Shown: piece after piece, positions 11,121-23,003 of the stretch
Numbering within the stretch: position 1 is the stretch's first letter
Layout of the letters: each line of letters starts with the position of its first letter
DNA from: an uncultured Actinomycetes bacterium
Lineage (GTDB): Bacteria; Actinomycetota; UBA4738; HRBIN12
Direction of reading: 5' to 3'
DNA length: 64,000 nt
NCBI GenBank assembly: GCA_963825685.1
Contig: CAWGUD010000034.1
Coordinates: 2,101-66,100 of the forward strand
The notes under the pieces: model-generated
Told to the model about the DNA's origin: nothing
Seen by the model: only the letters and a program-made list of their open reading frames with translations
Databases searched by the model: none
Made by a program: the position numbers and the translations under genes

Positions 11121-12404
11121 CTACGGGTAGACGGGGAAGCGCTGCATCAGGTCACGCACGCGCCCCCGAGCCTTCTCCTTGGCGCCCACGTCGTCGGGCG
11201 ACTTCAACACGTCGGCCATGATGCTCGCGATCTCGAGCATCTCCGGTTCGTCCATCCCGAGCGTGGACGGTCCCGGCGTGCCCACGCGGATACCGGACGG
11301 CGCCGACGGCGGGTTCGGGTCGAAGGGGATCTGGTTCTTGTTCAGTGCGATCCCCACCTCGTCGCTCACGGCCTCCGCCACCTTGCCGTCGATGCCGAGC
11401 GGCCGCAGGTCCGCGAGCAGCAGGTGGGAGTCGGTGCCGCCCGAGACGATGCGCAACCCCTCGTCGGTGAGCCCGGCCGCCAGAGCGCGCGCATCGCGCA
11501 CGGTGCGCTCCGCGTACTCGCGGAACTCAGGCGTCGACGCCTCCTTGAGGGCCACGGCCTTGCCGGCGATGCAGTGCTCGAGCGGCCCACCCTGCATCAT
11601 CGGGAACACCGCCTTGTCGATCGCCTTGGCGTGCTCTGCGCGGCAGACGATCATCGCGCCGCGCGGTCCCCGGAGGGCCTTGTGCGTGGTGAACGTCACC
11701 ACGTCGGCGTAGGGCACCGGCGACGGGTACGCGCCGCCGGCGACGAGCCCGATGAAATGACTTGCGTCAACCCACAAGAGGGCGCCGACCTCGTCGGCGA
11801 TCTCTCGGAACGCCGCGAAGTCGATCTCCCTCGGGTACGCCGTGAACCCGGCCAGCACGATCTTAGGCCGGTGCTCCTTCGCGAGATCGCGGATGCGATC
11901 CATGTCGAGCTGCTCGGTCTCGCGGTCGACCTCGTAGCCCACGAAGTTGAACCACATGCCGCTGACGTTCACGGGCGATCCATGCGTGAGGTGCCCGCCG
12001 TGTGCGAGGACCATGCCGAGCACCTTCTCGTTCGGGTCGTTCGGCGTGAGGAAGGCACCGAAGACAGCCATGTTGGCCTGGGCCCCCGCGTGCGGCTGCA
12101 CGTTGGCGTGGTCGGCACCGAAGAGGGCCTTCGCCCGGTCGATCGCGAGCTGCTCGGTCACGTCGACGAACTCGCACCCGCCGTAGTAGCGGCGGCCGGG
12201 GTAACCCTCCGCGTACTTGTTGTTCATCGTCGAGCCGATCGCCGCCAGCACGGCCGGACTCGCGTAGTTCTCGGACGCGATCAGCCGCAGCTCCGTCCGC
12301 TCGCGCTCGAGCTCACCCGCGATCGCCGCCGCGACCTCGGGATCGGTGGCCTTCAGCGCCTCCCAGTCGGCCGCGTACTCCCGCTCCTTCGCTCCCTGAC
12401 CCAT
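11121..12404 (-). CDS. glyA: Serine hydroxymethyltransferase
   Basis: Starts MGQGAKEREY (ATG 12404-12402) inside track ORF 11121..12938. Contains LIASENY, NKYAEGYPGRRYYGGCE and the TTHKALRGPRG PLP-Lys motif. 427 aa. Confidence 0.95.
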   Translation of the reverse strand: MGQGAKEREYAADWEALKATDPEVAAAIAGELERERTELRLIASENYASPAVLAAIGSTMNNKYAEGYPGRRYYGGCEFVDVTEQLAIDRAKALFGADHANVQPHAGAQANMAVFGAFLTPNDPNEKVLGMVLAHGGHLTHGSPVNVSGMWFNFVGYEVDRETEQLDMDRIRDLAKEHRPKIVLAGFTAYPREIDFAAFREIADEVGALLWVDASHFIGLVAGGAYPSPVPYADVVTFTTHKALRGPRGAMIVCRAEHAKAIDKAVFPMMQGGPLEHCIAGKAVALKEASTPEFREYAERTVRDARALAAGLTDEGLRIVSGGTDSHLLLADLRPLGIDGKVAEAVSDEVGIALNKNQIPFDPNPPSAPSGIRVGTPGPSTLGMDEPEMLEIASIMADVLKSPDDVGAKEKARGRVRDLMQRFPVYP

Positions 12405-12406
12405 CG

Positions 12407-12853
12407 CTACAGCTCCCCTCGCTCGATCGATGCGATCTGCTCCAGTCGCGGCACGTGCCGGCCGCCCTCGAAATCCGTCGACAGCCACACCCTCACGATC
12501 TCGCGAGCGTAAGCCGGCGCGACGACCCTTCCTCCCATGCTCAGCACGTTGGCATCGTTGTGCCTGCGTGAGAGCTCCGCGAGGAACAGGTCGTGACACA
12601 ACGCCGCCCGCACCCCGTGCACCTTGTTCGCGGCGATCTGCTCCCCCTGGCCGGAGCCGCCCATCACGATGCCTCGCTCGCACTCGCCGTTGCCCACCGC
12701 GTGGGCCGCAGCGGCGATGAACGCCGGGTAGTCCACAGGTTCCTCCGAATCGGTGCCGTGGTCGACGACCTCGTGCCCCTCGTCGACGAGGAACGCCTTG
12801 ATGTTCTCCTTCAGGAGGAAGCCGGCGTGATCGCTGCCCATCGCGATGCGCAT
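12407..12853 (-). CDS. rpiB: Ribose-5-phosphate isomerase B
   Basis: 148 aa; MRIAMGSDHAGF...GIVMGGSGQGEQIAANK is typical RpiB/LacAB. Confidence 0.92.
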   Translation of the reverse strand: MRIAMGSDHAGFLLKENIKAFLVDEGHEVVDHGTDSEEPVDYPAFIAAAAHAVGNGECERGIVMGGSGQGEQIAANKVHGVRAALCHDLFLAELSRRHNDANVLSMGGRVVAPAYAREIVRVWLSTDFEGGRHVPRLEQIASIERGEL

Positions 12854-12856
12854 CGC

Positions 12857-13444
12857 TCAGCCCTCGCTCGCCGCGGGTATGGTCGTCGCGCCGTACAGGC
12901 CGTCGACCAGCCTCGCGATCCATTCGTCGAGCTCCCACGCGATCGCCCGGTAGCTCTGGAGCGGGAGTCCCAGTGGATCGGCCACGTCCTCGTCGAACGG
13001 GTTCCCGGTGAACCCGGCCCGCCTGGCCTCGGTTGCCTGGCCCACGCGATCGGTCAAGGAGTCGGGACCGGCTCCTGGCGACGCCGGTGGCAGCGACTCG
13101 AGCAGGCGCACGAGCTCCTTCAGCGTGAACGCGCGGTCACCTGCGCCGTGCTCGTCGGCGAGCGCGACGCGATGTTCGCCCGCCATCGCGATGATGAGAT
13201 CGACGTCGGCGGTCGGCGCGGCCGCGAGACGGCGGGCCCGGTGTCCGGCGATGTCGGCGCCCCGTTCCGACGCCGCGGTCACGGCCTCAGCGGTGGCCCC
13301 CGACCCCTCGACCCCCCACGTGCCGGCCGACGAGACCGTCGGAGCCGCCGGGCCGAACCGCGCGGTCAGGGCGTCACGCAACAGCCCCTCCGCGATGGGG
13401 GAACGGCAGATGTTGCCCGTGCAGACGACCAGGATCGAGGTCAT
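12857..13444 (-). CDS. Low-molecular-weight protein tyrosine phosphatase
   Basis: 195 aa with the N-terminal CX5R P-loop VVCTGNICRSP. Confidence 0.85.
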   Translation of the reverse strand: MTSILVVCTGNICRSPIAEGLLRDALTARFGPAAPTVSSAGTWGVEGSGATAEAVTAASERGADIAGHRARRLAAAPTADVDLIIAMAGEHRVALADEHGAGDRAFTLKELVRLLESLPPASPGAGPDSLTDRVGQATEARRAGFTGNPFDEDVADPLGLPLQSYRAIAWELDEWIARLVDGLYGATTIPAASEG

Positions 13445-13513
13445 GGAGAGGGCCGCGAGTCTAGCAGTGCCTCCCCGGCCGGCAGGGATCGCGCGATGTC
13501 ATCGGCGCCGAGG

Positions 13514-14080
13514 TCACCGTCGCCGCAACAGGCGAGCAGCGCCGTGCGCGAGATCCACCACGGTGGACGACGCACCCTCGAGCGGGCGGTCCTCGCAGAG
13601 GTAGACGGCGACGAGATCGCCGAACGTCGAACTCAGGCCGTCGCACGTGGTGGCGGGGGATTCGCCGGATCGGTTCGCGCTCGACACCGCCAGCGGGCCG
13701 GCCGCGGCCAACACGGCGCGAGCGAGAGGATGCGCCGGCACGCGAACCCCGACGCTCGAGCCGTCGCCGCCCAGGTCCCACGACGCGCTCACCCTCGAAC
13801 GCGGCAGCACGATCGTCAGCGCCCCCGGCCAGAAGGCCTCCGCCAGAGCCTCGGCCCGAGCGTCCAGCTCGGCCACCGTCCGCGCCGCGTCGGTGGACGG
13901 GACGAGCACCGGCAGGGTGAGGTCACGGACCCTCCCCTTGGCCACGAAGAGGCGCGCGGTCGCCTCGGGGTCGTCCGGGCGGGTGGCGATCCCGTACACC
14001 GTGTCGGTGGGGAACACCACCAGCAGGCCGGCCAACGCCGCCTCGACGACCTCGGCGACCGGGTCGGGCTTCACGGCCAC
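13514..14080 (-). CDS. tsaC: L-threonylcarbamoyladenylate synthase (YrdC/Sua5 domain)
   Basis: 188 aa with a GTG start. Contains the VFPTDTVYGIA and SSANRSGE motifs. Conserved position after prmC. Confidence 0.8.
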   Translation of the reverse strand: MAVKPDPVAEVVEAALAGLLVVFPTDTVYGIATRPDDPEATARLFVAKGRVRDLTLPVLVPSTDAARTVAELDARAEALAEAFWPGALTIVLPRSRVSASWDLGGDGSSVGVRVPAHPLARAVLAAAGPLAVSSANRSGESPATTCDGLSSTFGDLVAVYLCEDRPLEGASSTVVDLAHGAARLLRRR

Positions 14081-14905
14081 GTCGCGACGATCACCCGGTC
14101 GCGCCCCGCCAGGTCGGGGAGGACGACGACGTCGGTCGCCCCCGCCTCACGTGCCTTCTGACCCACCGCAGCCGCCTGCCGCTCCCCGATCTCGACCACC
14201 GCGGCGCCGCCGCTCGCGCAGTCGTGTCCGTGCCTGATCGAACAACGTCTCGTACACCTCGACACCGCCCACGAGCGCCTCGACCGGATCCGCTCGAACC
14301 TCGATCGGGAGCGCGGCGTACTCGTGGTCCTCGATGTACGGCGGGTTGCTGACCACGAGGTCGATCGGGCCGGTCGAGGAAGGGTCGAGGGCCGTGAGGA
14401 AGTCGCTCGCGCGAACCTCGATATCCAGCCCGGTCCGGGCGGCGTTCTCCTCGGTCAACGCGAGCGCCTCGGGTGATCGATCGACGGCGATCACGCGCGC
14501 GTCCGGGCGCTCCCGCTTCAACGACAGGGCGATCGCGCCGGTCCCCGTGCCCACGTCGACGATCACCGGAGCCGGCGTGTCGCGCACGGCGTCGAGCGCC
14601 GCATCGACGACGATCTCGGTCTCCGGCCGGGGAACGAACACGCCGGGACGCACGGTCAGGATCAGGTGCCGGAAGCCGGTCTCCCCGGTGAGGTGCTGGG
14701 TGGGGACACCCGAACAGCGACGGCAGAGCGCCCGCCCGAAGGCTCTGGCTTCGCCGCTCCGCAACGGGTCCTCGCGCGTGTAGACCCCGGAGCGATCGGT
14801 GCCGAGCACGCTCGCGAGCAGCTGCTCGGCCGTCGACAGCGGCGCGTCGACGTCATGCCGCTGCAGGTAGTCGGCGCCTCGTCGCACCACGTCCGACGGC
14901 CTCAC
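14071..14905 (-). CDS. prmC: Peptide chain release factor N5-glutamine methyltransferase; frameshifted as assembled near 14212
   Basis: GTG 14905-14903 overlaps the prfA stop (GTGA). Contains VDVGTGTGAIAL and NPPY. The C-terminus continues in ORF 14071..14265 (GGAAVVEIGERQAAAV...DLAGRDRV). Length is 3n+1. Confidence 0.85.
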
Positions 14906-16014
14906 GTCGGCTCTCCCTCGCCTCCCTCGGCCAGCTGTTGGGAACGCTCCGCCTCGTTGAGTCGATCGATGAAGCCGTCGAGCTCCTCGCCGCCGGCGAG
15001 CACGTCGGCGAGCTGATGCGAGGTGTGCTTGATGCGGTGATCGGTCACCCTGCCGTCGGGGAAGTTGTAGGTGCGGATCTTCTCGGCGCGGTCGCCCGAG
15101 CCGAGCTGCGAGCGGCGGGCGGCCGCCTCCTTGGCCGCGGCCTCGTCCTGCGCCCGCTGCAACAAGCGGGCGCGCAGGTAGCGCATCGCCTTCTCGCGGT
15201 TCTGGAGTTGGGACCGCTCTTCCTGGCACTCGATCTTGATGCCGGTCGGCACGTGCACGATGCGCACCGCGGAGTCGGTGGTGTTGACCGACTGACCGCC
15301 CGGTCCGCTCGATCGGTAGACGTCGATCTCGAGGTCCTCGGGACGGATCTCGACCTCGACCTCCTCGGCCTCGGGCAGCACGGCGATCGTCGCGGTCGAC
15401 GTGTGGATGCGTCCGGACGACTCCGTGACCGGCACCCGCTGCACGCGATGCACGCCCGACTCGTGCTTGAGCCGGCCGTACGCGTCACGACCGCGCACCT
15501 CGAGGACGGCGTCCTTGAACCCGCCGAGGTCGCTCGGAGAGCTCGAGAGCGTGTCGGTCTTCCAACGATGCCGCTCCGCCAGCTTGCGGTACATCTCGTA
15601 GAGCTCGCCAGCCCACAGCGCCGCTTCCTGTCCGCCGGCTCCGGCCCTGATCTCGACGATCACGTCCTTGCCGTCGTTCGGGTCCTTGGGCACGAGGAGC
15701 GATCCGAGGCGGACACGGATCTCGTGGGCGCGCTCCTCCGCCTTGACGGCCTCGTCCTCGAGGAAGGCGACCATCTCCGGGTCGCTCTCGAGCGCGGCCA
15801 GCTCGTGAGCATCGGCCGCCTGCTGCACCGCCTCGCGGTACTCACGGTAGGGCGCCACGATCTCCTCGAGCTCCGCGTACGCCTTCCCGAGCGAACGGAG
15901 CCGGTCCTGATCGGTGGCCACGCCGGGCTCGGACATCTCGGCGGAGACCCGGTCGTGACGGGCCTGGATCTCCTCGAGCCGGGATTCGAGATCGTCGCTC
16001 ACGCTGTCGATCAT
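14902..16014 (-). CDS. prfA: Peptide chain release factor 1
   Basis: 370 aa with the PVT tripeptide anticodon motif (RVPVTES) and GGQ (SGPGGQSVN). Confidence 0.97.
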   Translation of the reverse strand: MIDSVSDDLESRLEEIQARHDRVSAEMSEPGVATDQDRLRSLGKAYAELEEIVAPYREYREAVQQAADAHELAALESDPEMVAFLEDEAVKAEERAHEIRVRLGSLLVPKDPNDGKDVIVEIRAGAGGQEAALWAGELYEMYRKLAERHRWKTDTLSSSPSDLGGFKDAVLEVRGRDAYGRLKHESGVHRVQRVPVTESSGRIHTSTATIAVLPEAEEVEVEIRPEDLEIDVYRSSGPGGQSVNTTDSAVRIVHVPTGIKIECQEERSQLQNREKAMRYLRARLLQRAQDEAAAKEAAARRSQLGSGDRAEKIRTYNFPDGRVTDHRIKHTSHQLADVLAGGEELDGFIDRLNEAERSQQLAEGGEGEPT

Positions 16015-16071
16015 CCCAGGGGGTGTGCCGATCGCCCGACCCGCGTCACGGGGAGCGGTGGCCGTGACGGG

Positions 16072-16866
16072 CTAACGCCCTCCACCCGGCTCGTCGTCGA
16101 GATCGAGGTCGAGGTCGCTCAGATCGGGGAGGTCGGGGAGGTCGTCCTCGGTCGCCGGTTCGTCGAACAACCCGGCGAGTCCGGAGTCGGCGTGGGTCGG
16201 CCCCGCCTCGCTTGCGACCCACAGCTCTTCGATCGGCAGCGACGCTGCCTCGGTCTGCGATGCGGTCGCCTGCGGTGGTGCTGCCGATCGCGGCGACGGA
16301 TCGCCCGACCCTGTCGTCTCGACCGATGCCGCAGGCGGCGCCGGGGGCGGGACCGACGGCTGGATGGCCACCTCCAGGTCGTCGGCGACCGAGAGCAGCC
16401 GCGACTGCATCTCGTGCAGCTGGCCGAGCATGGCCTCCCGACGCTCCGCGAGGTTGGCGAGCATGCGATCGGACTCCTGCTGGGCCGCGATCAACGACTG
16501 CGAGCTGCGGATGCGGACCTCCTCGGCTCGAGTGCGAGCCTCGGCCTTGATGCGGGCCGCCTCGTCACGTGCCTGCTCGACGATCTGCTCCGCCTCGGTG
16601 TCGGCCGTGGCGAGGACCCCGGCGAACCGTTTCGACAGCCGCTCGTATGCGTCGTCGTCCGTTTCGTGGGGCGTGGCCTCGAACTCGGCGATGCGGCCAC
16701 GCGCCTCGGCGAGCGAGCGCTCGAGCGCGTCGACGTGGGCGGCGAGGGCGACCAGGTACGCGCGGACCTGGTCGGGGTCGTACCCGCGACGGACCGTCGC
16801 GAACTCCCGCTGCCTGATCTGCTCACCGCTCGCCACGAGCGGGAGTCCGGTCTCACCCGTGGACAC
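16072..16866 (-). CDS. DivIVA domain-containing coiled-coil protein
   Basis: 264 aa. N-terminal DivIVA signature IRQREFATVRRGYDPDQVRAYL followed by a long coiled-coil and an acidic tail. Confidence 0.75.
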   Translation of the reverse strand: MSTGETGLPLVASGEQIRQREFATVRRGYDPDQVRAYLVALAAHVDALERSLAEARGRIAEFEATPHETDDDAYERLSKRFAGVLATADTEAEQIVEQARDEAARIKAEARTRAEEVRIRSSQSLIAAQQESDRMLANLAERREAMLGQLHEMQSRLLSVADDLEVAIQPSVPPPAPPAASVETTGSGDPSPRSAAPPQATASQTEAASLPIEELWVASEAGPTHADSGLAGLFDEPATEDDLPDLPDLSDLDLDLDDEPGGGR

Positions 16867-16944
16867 CGCGGATCACACCCCCTGCCGGGTGGCCACCCGG
16901 GCCACCCCGTGCATCTTGCGGAAACGAGACCGCCGATGCAATCG

Positions 16945-17859
16945 TCATCCCGCTGCGCCGGCGGCCTCGTCCTCGCGACGCAACACCTCGTCGAACGATG
17001 CGATCGCGACCTCGATCTGCGAGTCGTCGGGCTGTTGGGTGGTGATCTTCTGCAGCCAGATACCCGGCGCCATCAACGCACGCATCACCAGCGAGCCGTG
17101 GAAGCGAGCCCCCAGCCGCAGGGCCTCGTAGGCGACGCCGGCGATGATCGGGATCGCGACGATGCGCGAGACGATCCGCCAGAGCAGCCCGGGTGTCCCG
17201 AAGAGCGTGAACACGAAGATCGTGATGATCATCACGATGATCAGGAAGTTCGTGCCGCAGCGGACGTGCTCCTTCGGGTAGCGGTCCACCCTGTCGGGCA
17301 CGAGCTCGTCACCGTGCTCGTAGGCGGCGATCGTCTTGTGCTCGGCGCCGTGGTACTCGAAGACCCGGTGGATGTCCTTCGTACGACCGATCAGCCAGAG
17401 GTAGCCGACGAAGAGCAGCACCCGGAACACGCCCTCGCCGATCAGCAACGGCACGCCGCCGCCCAGCCTCCCCTCGACCCACGTGAACAGGGTGGTCGGG
17501 CCGAGGATGAACACACCGATGAACAGCAGCATCGCGATCGCGAGCGAGACGCCGATCTGTCTCGAGGTGAGCTGCTCGTCGTCGTCGACGGACTGGTTCG
17601 CGGCGATCATCAGCGCTCGCATGCCGATCGCGAGTGACTGCCCGAGCACGATCACCCCGCGGAGCAGCGGCTTGCGAAGGATCGGATGGCGGTCGGCCAC
17701 CGACTCGATGTCGTGCGACTCCAGGTGGATGTCGCCGGCGGGCCGACGCACCGCGACCGCCCAGTGGCGGGCGCCGCGCATCATGACGCCCTCGACGACG
17801 GCCTGGCCGCCGTAGAGGTGCGGTGCGGGCGACGGCGAGGCCGCCGGGTCGTCTGCCAC
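16945..17859 (-). CDS. DUF1385 (YqhQ-like) membrane protein
   Basis: 304 aa; YGGQAVVEGVMMRG...YHGAEHK motif set and a C-terminal TM bundle. This family is commonly linked to rpmE/prfA. Confidence 0.75.
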   Translation of the reverse strand: MADDPAASPSPAPHLYGGQAVVEGVMMRGARHWAVAVRRPAGDIHLESHDIESVADRHPILRKPLLRGVIVLGQSLAIGMRALMIAANQSVDDDEQLTSRQIGVSLAIAMLLFIGVFILGPTTLFTWVEGRLGGGVPLLIGEGVFRVLLFVGYLWLIGRTKDIHRVFEYHGAEHKTIAAYEHGDELVPDRVDRYPKEHVRCGTNFLIIVMIITIFVFTLFGTPGLLWRIVSRIVAIPIIAGVAYEALRLGARFHGSLVMRALMAPGIWLQKITTQQPDDSQIEVAIASFDEVLRREDEAAGAAG

Positions 17860-17865
17860 GCGCGG

Positions 17866-18096
17866 CTAGCTCTTCTGCGCTGCCTGCTGGGCGGCTTGCG
17901 TCTTCGCGTAGCGCCGCTGGAACCGCTCGACCCGGCCGCCGGTGTCGACGAGCTTCTGCTTCCCCGTGTAGAAGGGGTGGCAGTTCGAGCAGATCTCGGC
18001 GCGGATCTCACCCACGGTCGAGCGGGTCTGGAACGTGTTCCCGCACGAGCAGTGGACGTTCGCGATCTGGTAGTCGGGGTGGATGCCCTGCTTCAT
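17866..18096 (-). CDS. rpmE: 50S ribosomal protein L31
   Basis: MKQGIHPDY...CSCG...[12 protein letters not shown], 76 aa from ATG 18096-18094. The track ORF start at 18147 is probably too far upstream. Confidence 0.93.
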   Translation of the reverse strand: MKQGIHPDYQIANVHCSCGNTFQTRSTVGEIRAEICSNCHPFYTGKQKLVDTGGRVERFQRRYAKTQAAQQAAQKS

Positions 18097-18179
18097 CTGT
18101 CTGCGTCTCCTTCGCTGACCCACGAGGGTACCTCGCACCGGTTCCAACGCCCGGCTATTCCCGGAGCGACGAGGTGGGC

Positions 18180-19898
<1,719 letters not shown>

Positions 19899-19902
19899 GA
19901 GG

Positions 19903-20565
19903 CTATGCCTCTCCCTTCAGGTCGTTCTGGAGCGTCTGCCAGTCGGCCAGGAACTTCTCCAGACCGGCGTCGGTGAGCGGATGCTTCACGAGCTTCGTGA
20001 AGACGTCGAACGGCATCGTGGCGATGTCGGCGCCCGCCAGAGCCGACTCGATGATGTGCATCGGATGGCGCAGCGAGGCCGCCAGCACGTTCGTGTCGTA
20101 CCCCTGTACGGCGTAGATCTCGGTGATCGCACGCAGCGTGCCCATGCCGTCGGCGCCGACGTCGTCGAGGCGACCGAGGAACGGCGACACGATGTATGCA
20201 CCGATCTCCGCTGCCAGGATCGCCTGCGCGGGCGAGAAGACGAGCGTCACGTTGATCTTGATGCCGTCGTTCACGAGCCGCTTGCCGCACGCGAGCCCCT
20301 CGGCCGTCATCGGGACCTTCACGACGGCGTTCGGCGCCTTCTGAGCGAGCACGAGCCCTTCCTCGTACATCGCGTCGGCCTCGGTCGCCGTGGTCTCGAG
20401 CGAGATGTCGCCCGGAACCGTCTCGAGGATCTCTTTCCAGACGACATCGGGATCCTGGCCCTCACGGGCCACGAGCGATGGGTTCGTCGTGACGCCAGAG
20501 AGCACGCCCCACCGATTGATCTCGCGGATCTCCTCGATGTCGGCGGTGTCGAGGAACAATCTCAT
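19903..20565 (-). CDS. fsa: Fructose-6-phosphate aldolase / short transaldolase (TalC/Fsa family)
   Basis: 220 aa; MRLFLDTADIEEI...GVTTNPSL...KVPMT (Schiff-base Lys region). ATGA overlap with the upstream gene. The rho ATG lies 4 nt after its stop. Confidence 0.88.
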   Translation of the reverse strand: MRLFLDTADIEEIREINRWGVLSGVTTNPSLVAREGQDPDVVWKEILETVPGDISLETTATEADAMYEEGLVLAQKAPNAVVKVPMTAEGLACGKRLVNDGIKINVTLVFSPAQAILAAEIGAYIVSPFLGRLDDVGADGMGTLRAITEIYAVQGYDTNVLAASLRHPMHIIESALAGADIATMPFDVFTKLVKHPLTDAGLEKFLADWQTLQNDLKGEA

Positions 20566-21599
20566 GCGGTCTGTCCTCCTGCGATCGGATGGTGGGGAGC
20601 TGGATACTCGTCAGATGGGTGCTCGGAACGGGCGTCGACGGTGATCGGACGGTCGGCGATCGCTGCCGCCGACTCGCGGATCTCTGTGGCCCGTTGCGTC
20701 GTGTGCTCCATCACCAGGTCCATCACCGCGGCGATCGCCTGATCGAAGCTGTAGTTCGGCAACACCGGCACGCCGTGCGACAGCGCCTGGCTCTTCACGT
20801 ACCGCTGGAGCCGGCGGATGTTCTCGAACCCCGCCGCGTAGCGCTCGGCAGGGCGGGCCGCGACGGCATCCTCACGGGTGGCGAAGTGCGAGAGGTGGCG
20901 TCCCTCGTCCTCGACGCCGAGGACGAACGGCACCGCCAGGATCCGGTCGCGACGCGAATCGAGGTCGAGGAACCCGGGGACGATGTGGGCGCCTTCGATC
21001 ACGATGCTCGTGCCCTCGAGGGCCGCTCGCTCGATCAAGGCGTCGATGCCGACCGCGACCGCCGCCGTCTGCTCTCGGAACCCCAGGAGCAACGCGTCGG
21101 ACGACGTTCCCGGCGGCTCACGGAGCGCTTGGTCGGCGTGGAACGACGACGTGTGCAACGTCGGCATCAGCTCCGACGAGAGCATCGAGCGCATCACCTC
21201 GCGGATCGCATCGGTCGCGACCACGCGGACGATGCCCAGCCGTGCGGCGAGCTGCGTGGCGATCGTGGACTTGCCGACCCCGGTCGTGCCGCCGATCAGG
21301 ATCACGAGCGGGACGTCGAGTCGCTCGACCTCCTGCCAGCGGATGTAGTTCTTCGCGTACCGCTCACCGGCGATGTCGCCGATCACCGAGAGGGCGAGCT
21401 CCGAGAGCTCGGCGGACGTGACCGATGCGAGCCCCTGGTCCCGCAGCCGATCCTCGATCGCCTCGGCCACCTGGTACGCCCGGTACGGCGACAGTCCCGT
21501 GACCATCACCTGCGACGCCATCAGCCCCTTGGAGAAGGGCAGGCCGGGCTCACGATCGGTGATGACGATGTGTGGCGTCTTGGGTTCTCTCGGTTCCAT
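20562..21599 (-). CDS. 2-phosphoglycerate kinase (archaeal-type, COG2074-like)
   Basis: 345 aa from MEPREPK (ATG 21599-21597). Contains PFSKGLMASQV...SPYRAYQVAEAIEDRL, P-loop LIGGTTGVGKSTIA, TDAIREVMR and PTLHTSSF, a pattern I recognise from methanogen 2PGK. Confidence 0.75.
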   Translation of the reverse strand: MEPREPKTPHIVITDREPGLPFSKGLMASQVMVTGLSPYRAYQVAEAIEDRLRDQGLASVTSAELSELALSVIGDIAGERYAKNYIRWQEVERLDVPLVILIGGTTGVGKSTIATQLAARLGIVRVVATDAIREVMRSMLSSELMPTLHTSSFHADQALREPPGTSSDALLLGFREQTAAVAVGIDALIERAALEGTSIVIEGAHIVPGFLDLDSRRDRILAVPFVLGVEDEGRHLSHFATREDAVAARPAERYAAGFENIRRLQRYVKSQALSHGVPVLPNYSFDQAIAAVMDLVMEHTTQRATEIRESAAAIADRPITVDARSEHPSDEYPAPHHPIAGGQTA

Positions 21600-21607
21600 C
21601 GGCTGGC

Positions 21608-22948
21608 TCAACGGTTCCCCCGATGTGCACATCGCTCTCGGGCGAGGTCGATCACCTCGCCCAGGGCGGTGTCGAGGTCGGTCGACCCCTCCACGACCAC
21701 GGCGCGGTTGTCCACGAACACGACCTCCGCCCCCCGGGCGAGAGCCCGCTCGACGCCGATGTCGACGGCGGCGGCCTTCAGCTCCGTGAGGAGGACGTCG
21801 TACCCTTGGGCTGCGTCGAGGTCCTCCGCGAGGCCGGCCCGATCGGCCAACCGTGCGCTCCACCCCACCACCTCGCATCGGGACGCCTCTCGCAGGTGCT
21901 CGACCTGCCGAGCGGCGATACCGCCAGGAGCGGTGGTAGCGAAGAACACCCGCGCATCCCGTACCTCGGCCAACGGAACCGGGACGAAGTCGGTGATCAA
22001 CAACTGCGACTCATCGAGGAACCGGAGGACGTGGGATCGCAGCGCGGAGAGATTCTCGGACCCGGCGAGCGGGCCGGCAGCCATGGTAACAACCACCAGG
22101 TCGGACCGCAACAGCCGATACGGGCCGAGGTAGCCACCCAGGTACTCGGGCGGCGCGCCCGCGGGCACCACGAGCACCCCGGCATCCCAGGGCATCGGCG
22201 GCACGGCGGCCCCGCTGCCCTCGAGCACGACGACACCGGGACGTCGTTCGGCGGCGAGCTCGGCGGCGACCCGCAGGTTCGACGCATACGGTGCCCCGGC
22301 GAGCCCGCCGCCCGCCCGGCGCGTCCCGATCGTGGTGACGCCGGTCGTGAGCGCGTCTTCCAGGTAGTCCGAGGCCGCGTGCTGGCCCGATCGCACGAGC
22401 TCGATCAGACGATCGAGATGCACGCTGCCGGCCTCCGCCACCTGAGGCTCGGCGGGACCACCCCGCCCCATCGCCACCACGACGGGATCGTCGCCTCGCC
22501 TCGCCGCCAACCGCGCCACCTCGCCGCTGATCGCGGTCTTCCCCGTGCGCTTGCCGGTGCCGATCACGGCAAGGGTGGGTGCGGCGAGCGGCGGTCCGTG
22601 CTGCGGCGAGGTCAGCTCGAAGTCGGCGCCCGCGTAGCGCACGCCGCGCGTCAGCGCCACGGCGGCGAGCTCCATCCGCTCGCGATAGCCGAGCACCGGC
22701 TCGTCGGAGAGGTCGAGCACGACCTCAGGCATCCAGGTGTCGATCGCGTCCGCGAGCGCTGCCATGCGATCGTGGCCGGCCGCCCTGATCGGCACACCGA
22801 CGTCCGGCAGCGATCGCGGATCGATCTTCTCGATGCCCCCCACGAACACGGCGCCCACGACCTCGTGGCCACGCTCGATCGCGGTCTCGATCCCCCAGCG
22901 GGTGACGGGGGGATAGTGCTCGCCGTCTACGAGCACGACGGTTCGCAT
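21608..22948 (-). CDS. cpgS: Cyclic 2,3-diphosphoglycerate synthetase
   Basis: 446 aa with VLVDGEHYPPV N-terminus, DLSDEPVLGYRER, P-loop IGTGKRTGKTA, AMGRGGPAEPQ, HAASDYLEDAL, VLEGSGAAVPP and LTELKAAAVD. Matches the family pattern recalled from memory; no database search was run. Confidence 0.75.
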   Translation of the reverse strand: MRTVVLVDGEHYPPVTRWGIETAIERGHEVVGAVFVGGIEKIDPRSLPDVGVPIRAAGHDRMAALADAIDTWMPEVVLDLSDEPVLGYRERMELAAVALTRGVRYAGADFELTSPQHGPPLAAPTLAVIGTGKRTGKTAISGEVARLAARRGDDPVVVAMGRGGPAEPQVAEAGSVHLDRLIELVRSGQHAASDYLEDALTTGVTTIGTRRAGGGLAGAPYASNLRVAAELAAERRPGVVVLEGSGAAVPPMPWDAGVLVVPAGAPPEYLGGYLGPYRLLRSDLVVVTMAAGPLAGSENLSALRSHVLRFLDESQLLITDFVPVPLAEVRDARVFFATTAPGGIAARQVEHLREASRCEVVGWSARLADRAGLAEDLDAAQGYDVLLTELKAAAVDIGVERALARGAEVVFVDNRAVVVEGSTDLDTALGEVIDLARERCAHRGNR

Positions 22949-23003
22949 CGGTGGGATCGCCTCCTTCGGGGAGCGATGATCTGCGAGGAGCCCGGACCGC
23001 CCG

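Noticed and set aside
18097-18179. The intergenic region between rho and rpmE, considered as a possible intrinsic terminator or r-protein leader.
   Set aside because: Only a 4-bp CCGG...CCGG pairing is present and there is no U-tract. That is not enough to call a structure.
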